Of a stretch of 37,742 nt of DNA, positions 25,544 through 37,740 are shown piece after piece (position 1 is the stretch's first letter; every line of letters begins with the position of its first letter). A model generated the notes under the pieces. That model searched no databases and had not been told where the DNA came from. It worked only from the letters and a program-made list of their open reading frames with translations. A program made the translations under genes and the position numbers. The DNA comes from Streblomastix strix (taxonomy: Eukaryota): positions 1-37,742 of the forward strand of contig SNRW01000035.1 in assembly GCA_008636045.1 (NCBI GenBank), given 5' to 3'.

Positions 25544-26241
25544 GGGCAAAATGGTTTTAAAACTAATTACAAAGGGAATAGTAATAATCAGAGTTAACAT
25601 TTGAAGAATGAGGACGAATCAATAGGGAAAGAGGATCGTTTTAGAGCATGAGGGATTCATATAAACAAGAAGATGAGCGTAACATCACTAATTAATGCAT
25701 TTACCTAATGAGTTGTAATGCTAATTAGCGATACGTTCCTCATCAGATCATGAATAAAGCAAATAATAAAATTCATTTGAATAAAATAAACTAGAGTAAT
25801 GCGGTTAATCCATCGGTTCCTTGCCAAATATACTAATTGATAGAGAGTAACGGGGATTAATTATGCATTCCTAGCATTCATAAACCAATAGCTAACAACT
25901 AAAGTAAGAAAAATAACTCAAATTTCAGCAAGAATTAATAAATATCGCTTATCTTTAATAGCCATCATTTGTCAACAACCTTAAAATAACATTTTAACAC
26001 TTCAACACGTGGTTGACCTCAGAGCAAAGGAATAATCAATAATAATCCATGAAGTACTGCATGTAAAATAGAAAATTTTTAGATTATGAAGAAAAATAAA
26101 TTAAATTGGTTCTATTATTTATTGCAGTTTTTTATTTATTTATTAAAATAGATATAATTCTATTTTTATGAAAACTATAAATGACTTGAATAAAATCAAC
26201 ATGAAAATAAGTATATTAAACTCAGTCACAAAAAATTAAAT

Positions 26242-29200
26242 TCATGCATCAACGCTTATCAATTATTACCCACGTCTTCCCAATCCAGAATATTTCTAAT
26301 GTTGAATAACAACTGCAACAATTATCATAGCAACGATTGAAGCAACAACGATGACTCCAGCAACAACAATCCCAGAGATCATCTCAGCTTTACTTTTTGG
26401 TTCTTCAGTTTCAATTTCTTTTTATTTGTCTTAATCTGATTATTATTCTTCTTCTTCTTCTCGTTCTTATTCTTCTTATTCTTCAACATTAACATTTAAA
26501 TTGCATGGATCACTATCTTTCACTTCATCTTCTGTTTAATCTGGTGTTATTTCAGATCTATTTTAATTTGGTCCTAATGGAACTAATGAACACTTCTGAT
26601 TGATTTTTTATCCAATCACAATATTCTTTCGATAATATCCGACTTTGCAATGTGAGAATATGCATTTATCAGTCAAATATTCACCAATCTTAGCTGTTCC
26701 ATTAGAATATCTTCCTTTTGCTTCAGATGATCCACGAACACTGCATGGATGACCATAGATTGAATATGGATCATTTCTGAGACATCCTTTACAGTTATTT
26801 GGAGTTTATGTGTTATTTGTTTCAACTTCCCATGATAAGCATTTATTTGGAGAAGGAGGAGTATCTGCATCCAATAATTCTTTCTCTCTTTTTAATACTT
26901 CATCATACAAAGAAATTCTTTATTCATCTTCATCAGATATTAAACTATCAAATGGGAAATATTCAACTCTGAAATCTGGATCATCTATTTCATATTCAAG
27001 TAATTAATCATTTGTTTCATCTGTGAAACCATATCCACCTTTATTAGACATTAAAAGATCTGTTCCAATACGATAGAATTTATTTGGAAGTTTAGATTTA
27101 TTGATATATTCAAGAGGAGGTAATGAAGTATTTTCTAAAATGTTTTAAACAGAGTTATAATTGTACACTGATCCTGAAGTTGCCATTCCAACATCAAATC
27201 TAATATCTTTATCAATTGGATAAGGAATTCCAATACCAACAATCTGAATTGGTAAATATTATAAAAATTATAAAAAATCTATAATAAATTATAAGATTTA
27301 ATGTTATTAATAAAAATATACAATAATGCATATAATTATACATACTCTTCCAAGGTGCTTCTCTCCAATATGTTTCACAAACTATGAACACGTACTTGCA
27401 CATGCGCCATCAGTGATAATCAATATATCTTATGGCTGATACAATATTTATCTATGTAATAACCATTCATTAGTCCTTTCTACAAATATATCATTATTTC
27501 CCATATAATTCATACACTTATATGTCAGATTAACTGTTTTACTATTTTTCTTATCTTCAGATTATGTTGTGCGTTTTCTATTTCCTCTTGAATAGAAAAG
27601 TTTATCAATTTCCATTTCATTAAGTTCAAGTGGAAGTTAAGCTTCATCTTGGAAATGTTCTGATTCATATAAAGTGATATTTGCTACTATTTTGTTTATA
27701 TCCGATTTCATCTCATCAACTGTTTAATAGAGAGGATGACCTACGTTTGGGAATAAGAAGTTGAGAAGTTGTCTTCCTAATCGAACTTATCCTCCTCCAT
27801 TACCTTTTACATCAATCAGAAGTTTATTAACCTTATGTTCTCCAGCTTCATTGAAGTATTTTATATTATCTATTATTGATTGGCAAAACGATTCTTTATC
27901 ATTTGAATTCTAAGGATTGAATTGTTTAATGGCAAGTAGGCCGAGATCCTTAATTTTATTGATATATTTTAAGATATTTGTATTATTTTCTATAGAAGGA
28001 TCATTTATTTTGGAATAAAAAGAAGCTTCTGCGTTATGTTAAATGTTTATATTATTGTGATTGTTTTTAATTTAATTCATGATGTGATAATTATTTTTAT
28101 TTTTAATTGATTTTGTATTGTTGACTGTTTCTGTTAAGGATATTAATTTAATTTATTATTCTTATTCAATGAGAAATTGTTTTGGATGAAAATTCTTCTC
28201 AAGATCTTTTGTGATCTTTCTTTATTCTTCTTCAAGTTTGAATGTTAAATCTTAGAATTTTTATTCATATTATTTAATTTCTTTCTCATTTTTTCTTTAT
28301 TATTTAGGATTATTTTTATATCTTTTATTTCATTTTATTCCATAATTATTTCAGTTTATCAAACGATTTCACTTTATTATTCATTTTCTCTTCATTTTTC
28401 AATTCTTTATTCATTTTCATTTCAAAAGATGATGTAGAAAGATAATAAGGTTTAATGTTACATTCTTCAAATAGATTCAAATTTGCACCGAATCTGACTG
28501 AAAATGAAATATTATATATTTATGTTTTTGATGTATTATGCACTTCTATTTATATTACATTATAATCAGGGTGTTTGAATTATTATGCATTTCTTTATGT
28601 GAAATAACCCATGAGTGCATAATTCATTCTTGTAATTGGATTTTTGGAGATTGATACTTCTTCATCTGCCCATCTGGCAATAGCTTCAAGAGCTGGATAT
28701 GTTCCATTATTAATAGAACTGCTGTTATCTGGATCATAAATTGGTTTTCCTTTTTTATTAATCTTATCAACAATATAATCAGTATCGTTACTCTTAATTG
28801 TAATGTTGAATGATTTATCTGTCTCGTTTTAATTGACTGTCATTTGTGGTAACATGTAGTATACTTTTGATACACAATGCGGAATAAATATTGTATGTAG
28901 ATCCTTGAGATTGTTAAGAAGTATAATTATTGATTCATAAAAATAATCATTTTTTTTATATATGTGTGTATTTGTTATATTAAGATCACCTAATATTTAT
29001 ATCAACTGCATGTTTGCGATAACCAATTGGAGAATTTGGTGGATTAAGTGATGTATCAATGAAAGCATTACTATTTATATACCCCATTAAGAGATTGACA
29101 GTTTTATTTTTCTCATCAGAAATAAGCTTAATAAACAAATATAATTCAAATAAATATAATAATATTTAAATAATAAAATAAATCAATTAAGAATGTATAA

Positions 29201-30440
29201 AATATACATATTTGTATAATTAGTTTATAGTAAATAAACAAAATGGAATACTTTTCATGCTACTTAAGCCATAGTCCAGTGAGTAATATATATCTTTCTT
29301 AACGAAGCATCTACAGCCTGAAGGATGGAAATTTGGATTGCATGCACATCCTCGTTATTGGAATACTTCAGAACAATTACAAGGAGTAATTAAATCATCA
29401 TCACTTTATAAAACACGAGCAACAGGATAGGTATCTCCAGATCTAATATCATCTGATATATTACATTAGCATATGATGATTGAAATGCTACTAAGATTTA
29501 TTCCTTCCTTTGAGCATGCGCTTTAAGTTGGTGAATTAAAAGATCGTGAACATAAACAATGTTCATCAGTTTCAAGTGTTTCTAATGAAGTCTTTGTATA
29601 ATTGGTTAATAATAAATATTATTTATATTCATCATGTTTTGTCTTACAATATATAATATCATTATTAGGATAGCTGCAACATTCTGGATTATCATAATAA
29701 GTGCATATCTTTGATGTTAATCAATTCAATAGAAGAAATTATTCATTTTTATCTATATAACATACACAATCATCGCTAAGTTAATATTCTCTTATGCAAT
29801 AAGGAGGACAAATACCATCTATTTGAGGATCATCTGTAGAAAGACACTCACAATTTGTTTTGGGTATTCCTGTTAGTTTTGAGGAATCAATTTGGACATC
29901 GACAACCAGTTGGGTTAATCAGTATCTGTACAGAAGCATGAATCAAAAATAATCAATGGATCAGAATCAGTGGAGGTACATAAAGGAGTGCATCTTTAAG
30001 GAGTATTAATACTTAATAATACTTTTTAGGATTAACATTCACGTAAAGGAAATCCATTATTTGGATCTGGATTTGTATCTTATACACAATTAGAATCAGA
30101 TTAATCTGCTCATATAAAGTAGAATAGACAATCATCACTTACTCTTGGATCTCCATTTTCAAGACATTTAAATGCTGATGGTGATATTACGCTCAATTTT
30201 TATCCATTACTTTAGGAAATTCTTCCAATATGATCTAAGTCATTTATATTTTTACTTTTATATGTTTGATCCGATAACAAACAATCAGATGGAGTACAAC
30301 CAGTGGGAGTTGGAATAAAGAATTCTCCTCATGTGCATAGTTTTGTTGCAATATATGTTATTGGATTAAATGTAATTGAAAATAAATCATATATGCATCA
30401 ATCTTATGAATAAAATGATTAGCTTGCGCAATTAGTTTAT
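26242..30440 (-). pseudogene. Cys-rich type-I membrane surface-protein gene, copy C (decayed)
   Basis: Cys-rich DPR-type modules at about 29300-30330, long ectodomain, acidic stalk, then TM helix MISGIVVAGVIVVASIVAMIIVAVVI and a short tail ending at TGA 26242-26244. Internal TGAs present. Confidence 0.7.
27244..27345 (-). other. Probable spliceosomal intron (102 nt)
   Basis: Minus strand GTATGT...AATTCAG, AT-rich, flanked by coding-like sequence. Confidence 0.65.
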
Positions 30441-30479
30441 TAATTAGTATCAATTCCATATTATTCATCATCTAATCAA

Positions 30480-32450
30480 ATTGGAATTTCTTCAAATTCA
30501 GTATGTGCTTATATCGCAATTCATCCATTAATAATCCCAAATCTAGCTTCAAATAATTATTTTTCCATTTTAATTTAATTTGAGTAACAGTATCATCAAA
30601 TGGAGCGAATGTTGTTAAATCTCCTTTAAAAGAAGTAATTTTCAGAATTTCACCATCTCTTTTCTTTATACTTCTTCTTAATTCCACATTCAAATGTATC
30701 AATCCTTCTTTAATGATTAAATGAATTTGCATCAGGTTCAGCAGGTGGTCTAATAAATAATAATCTCTTACCTGGTACGCCAACTAGTAATAATCCAAGA
30801 AGTACTGAATAAGCTCGGAGTGTAGCTCCATATATAACAAAAATTTCATCATCATATTAAAGCCATTTCTTTCCACCAGGTTGTGATAGTTTGTGAATGA
30901 ACCTCAAAAGTCGGATATCATCAGCTTCATCATTCATTATGATTACTCCATCCACAACATCAACATGGAAATCATTCTCATCAATGGGTTGTAAAAATTC
31001 TTTTTAATGTTTGATCTAATAATCCAGCTGCTATTATAAATATATCATATGGAACTAATGATCCATCTGCAAGCATCAATTCTCGTTTCTCTCGATCGAT
31101 ATTCAGAACAATTTCAGGAATTTCTACAATATATCTCTATAATCCTAAACCAGCTAAAGTAGCAGCAGTATAATTGCATGAATTCACTACTTGTATTTCT
31201 GGTGCAGGAGGTCTAAAAGGTGTTGGTATCAAAAATAGAGAATGATGTTTTGTTGGAGTTACACTTATGAATGATGCTGGTTATTCAGTTGCATGTATAT
31301 TTCCTGGAATTGATGGAATTATTGATCTTTTTTTTGTAAAAATTGGAAGAAGTGATGAATCATGCTGTTAAATGCTTTCAGGAACTTTTGAGATGAAACC
31401 AGGTTGATTTGTTATTAAAGATTCTTTTTGTGAAGAAGATGTAATTGTTGTTGAATTTGTTTTTCTTTATTTTATAATTAGTTTCTACGAATAATTATAT
31501 AATTATGATGGTGTTTATTATTTCTATTATGAATAATTACTCATTTTCTTCACATTATCCAACAATTCAATCTAAATATCATTTTTTTGCTATGAATCTA
31601 CTTTCTTTGATCATAATGGTGGGATTGGTACTATTTCTTATGTTCCTGGAATACCAACTGCTCTAGTTATAATTGGTGAAACTGGTATAGGATGTAATAA
31701 TCAATTTTATGAATATACTTTCTATTCATATACTTATCTCAAGAATGTAGCTCTTTCTTTTTTTTCTTAACAGAATCTTTATATTCATCACTTGTTATAT
31801 CAACATCTATCTTCAGTAAAGTTTCATCTTCTTCGCATACATCATATCCTTAACAATCTAATTAACAATCTTATTTCTCTTAACCTTATCCTCGACCCAT
31901 AATTTCATCATCTTTCTCTTTAATTAATTAATACTTAGGTTTTCTATAATCATAATCTTCAAACGATAAATATAATAATTCTTCAAAATTTTCTTCTAAT
32001 TCAGCATCTGGTAGATCTTTTTATATTTGATTCAGTTTAATCTGTTTAGTTACACCCATAACAGACATTCCATTTGGAAATGGTTCAACAAAAGGTTGAT
32101 AATGGAATGCTGGTGGTGGTATTATAGTTGATTCTAAGCATCGAAGACATTATGGTGATACAAGTGTCAAAGATGAAATGTATCGAGATTTATTAAATGT
32201 TAAATTTTCCAATATAATTATACCACTATCAGATGATACAATAACTACAATTCTACCATTAGTTACTATCTATCTATCAAGTGCATTACCTCGTCTTAAC
32301 ATAAAAAGTGCAAAACAAGGTTCATAAATTCTTGAAGGTTGTAATCCAGATGTTTGTGTTGGTGGAGGTCGAATATGTTTAGTTGTTGGATCACCTACTT
32401 GACCCAATGGATCTGGAAATTCTTCTAAGCGATGAACCTGATTGGAATAT
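30480..32450 (-). pseudogene. CFAP61: CFAP61-like fragment, copy C (longest)
   Basis: FALFMLRRGNALDRQIVTNGRIVVIVSSDSGIIILENLTFNKSRYISSLTLVSP and NIDREKRELMLADGSLVPYDIFIIAAGLLDQTL match the CFAP61 N.RIVVVG.SD.G...LE.L...LTLiSP and IDR...VPYD motifs as I recall them. Frameshifts and TGAs present. Confidence 0.7.
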
Positions 32451-32871
32451 AAGATAATTTATATAAATAAATTCAAATAAATAAATAAATTTAATTTTAT
32501 ATAATATTATTAATACTTTAACAAAAGCAAAATTTAATGATATATTATATACATAATAAGTCCCAATTGTAGATCTTTAAATTTGTTTTCTATTTGTAAC
32601 AAGTGTGTAAATCCATTAAACTGCTGTTAGTAATGATATTCCATCATAATAAAATGTTCAAAAGAAAATATTTCCTTCTGAGGATATTCACTAAATTTCA
32701 TAAAATGCAAATCTAGCTCTTGTGTGGAATAGTAAATCTTGTGCAAAATAAATCAGATTATATTTATAATAGAAATATTAGAAAAAATTATTAAAATTTT
32801 TTAATTGTTTAATTGAATAAAATTTGAAATAAATCAAAGAGAAGCTAAGAGAAAAAGAAGTTCTGTTCGAA

Positions 32872-33474
32872 TATGTATCACATCCTGTAGATAATGCGAG
32901 CTGACCTGTTTATTTGGCCATAAAGGCGCTTAAGGGCCTGATCGTTTCTGAAATGTATAAAGTGTAGTGTTAATAGTGATTTAACTATCACTTAAACAAA
33001 TTGTAAATGAAAATAAATAATTGTATTGTCATTCTTGCTCTATCTTGTTGCTGTTTATTTCCTCGTTGTTATATTGTTGCTTGTTATCATTGACGCTATT
33101 GTTATTATCTGCATCATCGTTGATATTGGATTGCTTGTTAACAGCATCTTCGTTGCTATAACATTGCTTATCATTGATGTTGTGTTAGTTGTTCTAATTG
33201 TTAATATTGCTGTTGTTCTTGTTGTTATTGCGTTAGTTATCATTGTTGTTATTGTCATTCGACGCGTTAAGGGGTCCCAATGGGGTTACAATTGCGTCCG
33301 GTTCAGCCGCATATCTACAATATAATTATTTATTGGGTGGGAACGAATGTTAGTTCGTGGTGGGAAACAGGTCTGCTCGCATTATCTACAGGATGTGATA
33401 CATAACCCTCCCTGCGGTCGGATTATGTCACAATCCTTTCGCTAATGCGAGCTTCCCTGTTTATTTGGACATAA
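32872..33474. repeat. DIRS 3' terminus with internal complementary region (ICR)-like repeat
   Basis: 32872-32911 is the reverse complement of 33365-33404 (39/40 match). 32892-32923 recurs as an imperfect direct repeat at 33443-33474. Confidence 0.85.
33026..33260. repeat. Degenerate (GTT/ATT/GCT)n trinucleotide-like tract inside the element's 3' end
   Basis: Visible 3-nt periodicity, e.g. gttgttatattgttgcttgttatcattg. Confidence 0.75.
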
Positions 33475-33943
33475 TTCAAAGAGAAGGCATCTATAAATGT
33501 ATATATATAACATTAATAATAAGTTAAGAAAGGTTGGAGAACCAACGCCTCATTAAAAAACCTCTTCTTGTGGAGGAAAAAGAGTGCGTGGTGTTATTTG
33601 CCTCGCTGGGTTTATGTATGGTTATTAAAAATATTATTCTCTTGTAAATGTAACAATATTAGAATTCTCATCTATATAGTTAATATATATTTGATTTATT
33701 TAATTTATTTAATATAATATTTCTTTATTATATTTATATTTATATTTAATTTTTTATTTGTATTTATATTTAATTATTTAATTATTTATTATTTATAATT
33801 CTTTATTTATTATTATTTATTTATATTGATCATTATGTTATTTGATCACATCTATTTATTTTATTAATATTTAATTATTTATATATTTATTTATCATTTA
33901 TTATATTATTATATTTTCTTATTATAATTGTTTAATTAATTTA

Positions 33944-35071
33944 TCATTTATTCTTATATTTATTGTTTATATTTATATATTTATTTAGATATTGTATTTC
34001 AAACCTTTCCTCGATGCTGGGTTATTTGCCCGCTTGCTCTAATATATTTCTTATTGTATCATTATTATTTGTGTCATAATTCACCCTTACCGTTGCCGAG
34101 GCATCACTATGCCCACTCCACCGGTTAATTTATATTTACGTCATATTCTTATCAATTGTTTCTGATATTGATGCCTTTCTTATTGATGTTATATTATATC
34201 CCTCAATTCCAGCCTCCGCTAACACTTGCTTAACTCCCTTACTGCACTTATCCGCACTCCACACCTTCTCCTTCCTTCTATTCCTCCAAACCTATTCTTT
34301 CTTCAACTCTCCTTTCACCTCTCTCTTATCCAACCAGCTCTATATCCACCTGATTGGGCATACAGTTCTATCCTGAGCAGCCTTTAAGGTCTTCTCTACT
34401 GGCCCTCGTGGCTTCTTCATAGTCATCGTTACTATTAAAATCTCTCCTTCTTTAATGTTATCAACTCGTAGCTCTGCTCTTTATACTTCTGCCATTCTAA
34501 GTACTGTATAAACCATGATTAACGTTAGGGATATCTTCATTAGCTGTTCTGAGTTTAGTTTATTATCATCTCTTAGGAGTGCTTTTTTGCTTATGTATTA
34601 CATTAGCTGGCTCAGTTTCCAATATCTCCCTTCTTTCCTAACTTTTGCTGCTCTGTCGACATGTTCTTTCATTAATTATTCGATAACCTTGTTTCTTATG
34701 ATATTTATTGGCCTACCCATGAGTTCGAATAGAGTCGAAATGGAGTTCCTTGCTTGAATTATACATGCATCTGACTCCCGCGGTTTAAAGTATGTTATGT
34801 AGTTGGCTATTGTAAGATATGGTTATTCCAAAGTTGATAATTGTAGAACTGTTCCAGATTATTAAGCCCAATACTCTGCAAATATTGGTAAAGAGCATGC
34901 GTGTCTCTTCCAACTTCCATGCCATCCATCTATTATTCCTTATATTGATTATCCTGTTAATCCTGTATTTAGTAGGCATTCTTTGAATAACTATTCTCCC
35001 TTCTCTCCCCGTCTACCAAGAAAATCCCAATCTTCCCCGGAGGTAGTTTCTGATTATTCCTCTTCATCCAT
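33944..35071 (-). CDS. Tyrosine recombinase (375 aa)
   Basis: Intact in code 6: VLRMAEV (catalytic Arg), VCPIRW, ITSIRKASIS (H-x-x-R box with H replaced by T), RWSGHSDASATVRVNYD (His and catalytic Tyr). Overlaps the end of pol in another frame. Confidence 0.9.
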
Positions 35072-36933
35072 GCTCCTTCCTTAAGAACATCTTAACTGTT
35101 TCCTAGCTCCTTCCAGCGTATTGTGATTCGCATTAAAGCAGTCCACCACACCTAGCCTTTCCATACTGGTGCTATTAATACTCCCTTCACCTTCTCTAGC
35201 TCCACTTTGCGTATAACATTAGGAATCAATGATATTGGACAGTGCAGCAGTGGTGTTTCGCATTCCCATGGTTGCTCCATTCCATCCCAATTTTCTGCTA
35301 AAGCGTCGCTTTCTATTGAAAAGTATCTATGATGTTTAGTATTTCTCCTTGTTGCGAAGCAGTCGACTGTGATTTAAATCCCCCACTCTTCTAGCACTTG
35401 CTATAGCGTTTGCTTGTCTACTGAATAATCTCCCGAAACTGCGAGCCTCGATAGAGAATCCGCTTCCGTGTTGTTAATTCCGGGAATGTGCCTAAATTTG
35501 ACTTCCCATTATTATTCCTCTATGTATAGCAGGATCTGGTCCACTAGTCTTCTTAATCCTACTTTGGCTTTGCCTTTAGTTAAGTTATAGCATGCTGTCG
35601 TGTTGTCCGTCCTTATCTTGAGGTATCGCAAATGGTTGCGTTGCAATATTGGCTAAAAATAGTTCAGTGCGAATAAGATTGCAGTTGTTTCTCGTCTGTT
35701 CGATGTTGGGATCTTTGCTTTCCATGGTCTAGATATTCTCTATATGTCCTGTCCTGGTATTTATAAGGTTGCTCCCCATCTCCCCAGAGATGCATCCGTT
35801 GTTATTATTGCTTAGGTCTTATGCGTTTCTATGTTCTTCGGTTTGTTGTTCTTGATTTATGATATCCACCATTCAACTTCTACTAATGCTCTTCTCGACA
35901 ACTTGATCGGGCTATCCCATCCTGCTATCTTCGCTCTCTTGCTCATCTCTCGGTTCATGGATGTGATATGAAGTCCTCCTCGTGTGTATTAAACTCTTAT
36001 ATATTGGATTTGTCCAATCAGCTTTGCCACGCTTCTTACGGTTTGGTATTACTGCAACTGAATCAACTGTGCTTGTTTAATTAGTGCTGCCATTACCTAT
36101 TTCCTCATTAGTCTAGTTGTTTATAGTGTCATTGATTCTGTGTTCCAGCTCCATCCTAGAAATATTATCTATCTCTTAGGTTCCAATTTGCTCTTGTTTC
36201 GATTGATTATCCAACCCATCTCTTCGAATATTGTTACTATCTTCATTATTTCCTCCTATATCTATAATTTGTTATTATTAAATAGTATTATATCGTCCGC
36301 ATAATTCTGAATTTGTGTTTCGCACTTCTCCCTTACCCTTTCTACTGTTGGTTGTATCGTTTTCGCGAATGTATATGGCGCGATATTAATCCCAAATGGC
36401 ATTCCCACTTGCGTGTAGTTCACTCCTTGTATTCGAAAGGCTAGATATTGTTGCAGTAGCTAATTAACTCTTATATGGTTAAAGGCCGAGGTTATATCTA
36501 GTGAACACATCCAGTCTCCCTTCCTTAGCGTTTAGATCGTATCTCGTATGTCCGTCATCTTAAAGTGTTTAGCTATTAGTTCTCTATTCAAGGTTCTGCA
36601 ATCTAGAATTCTCCTCCATTCTCCATTCGGCTTGGGCACCAGGTATGTTGGATTCCATAACTTAATCTCTTGTTCCTGAATCACTCGTAGTGTTCCTTCC
36701 TATAGCTCCTTATTGACAATCTACATCAACAGTTGGGTCTATTGTTCGTTGCCCTCGAACTCTATCATCATGTTATTGCTCTACAGTGTTTACTGGCTTT
36801 AGGGGCTTCTCCATATTGGTGCGCACCCGATTTCGATTAATTTCCTTTTCCCAATTTGCTCCCACCTTTAAATAAAATCTACCAATCGTGCTCCAATTTT
36901 CAGTTGGTTTTCTTTATTGGACCTTTATAATCC
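34669..36933 (-). CDS. Pol: reverse transcriptase, RNase H and Dam-like methyltransferase domain
   Basis: 755-codon open frame. RT motifs: IGARLVDFIQRW, LVPKPNGEWRRILDCR, LDITSAF, MPFG, YADD. RNase H motifs: TDASLGRWG, NRRE, TDNTTA, HIPGINNTEADSLSR. MT region: VDCFATRRN...LLHCPI...IAPVWKGQVWW. Confidence 0.93.
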
Positions 36934-37137
36934 TCACCCCAACTCATCACTATCATCCTCCACTTCTATCTCTTCCCTTTATTGGCTCTATGATGTGGAT
37001 GAGCCTTGTATTTCTTCCTGTTCAGTTCATGGGTTACGTGGGAACACTAGGAATGCGTTAGCGCCAGTTTGGATGTTTGTTTGGAAGCCACCGCGTCCGC
37101 GACCGCGACCTCCTCTCCACATACCTTGAAACTCTCT

Positions 37138-37740
37138 TCATCTCCTTGGGAATCCGCCTGGTTGGTTGTAATATTGTTGCAATTGATTGAATGGGTATGG
37201 GGGTGCTACAAGTGGCATTGGGTTCGGATTGAACAGCTGTGGTAATAATTGCGTTCCGTACTACATCGCCATCGCTGCTGCATGATATTCCAAGTTCTTC
37301 TACTCGGTGTACCTCTTGATTCTCTCCATTGTTTCATCTCTTATTATGTCCGGAGGCAGCACATTGTTCCCCGCAACTACTCTGAATTGGTATGGGAGGT
37401 TGATTCCTTCTCTCAATTGAGTTACTGCATTTGCCCCTATCGTACTCAGTTTGAATATGTGTTTGCACTCATCTGCGTTCGGTTTTCCCTCCAAGGCTTT
37501 CGCATAAGCTGTCAAAGCTGTTGATTATGATGCTGAGAGCGCTGTCGTTGCATCCCCATATTGCTCACCCTTCTCAATGTTGGTTTTCCCTTATTGTATT
37601 TTGATTGGTATTTCATTTCCAGTCCACCTATATTTCGTGGCTTCTTGGTTGATCCCTTGCCTGTCCGTATAGCTAAACTGCTTCCATTTGCTCATGTCCA
37701 CTCCCAAGTCCTCCCCGATTTGCTCCTGCATCGTTTTGAT
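37138..37740 (-). CDS. gag-like ORF1 of the DIRS element (partial, starts beyond the window)
   Basis: Open from the window end to TGA 37138-37140, upstream of and in frame with pol. P/Q/Y-rich tail, then an RGG-rich stretch after the stop. Confidence 0.7.

Larger units (their letters stand above)
23890..26115. repeat. Imperfect inverted repeat pair (about 23890-23962 and 26041-26112)
   Basis: caatttaatcatgtttttcttcttattctaaaaattatctacttcaaatacagttcttcatgaattaat compared with the reverse complement of the right arm, caatttaatttatttttcttcataatctaaaaattttctattttacatgcagtacttcatggattatt. Confidence 0.7.

Noticed and set aside
33026..33325. Very hydrophobic 99-aa ORF (and T/I/M-rich antisense ORF) as a membrane protein
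   Set aside because: Both are translations of the (GTT/ATT)n tract in the retroelement's 3' region.
34669..36933. TGA reassigned to Trp (all three stops recoded)
   Set aside because: Every Trp in the intact pol and YR is TGG, and TGA terminates intact ORFs at sensible positions.
2913..37524. Most short standard-code ORFs in the supplied track
   Set aside because: They are antisense or off-frame shadows of longer code-6 frames, or AT-rich noise. Only a few (e.g. 6548-6733, 7010-7288, 15134-15349, 24314-24577, 37300-37515) are pieces of real frames.
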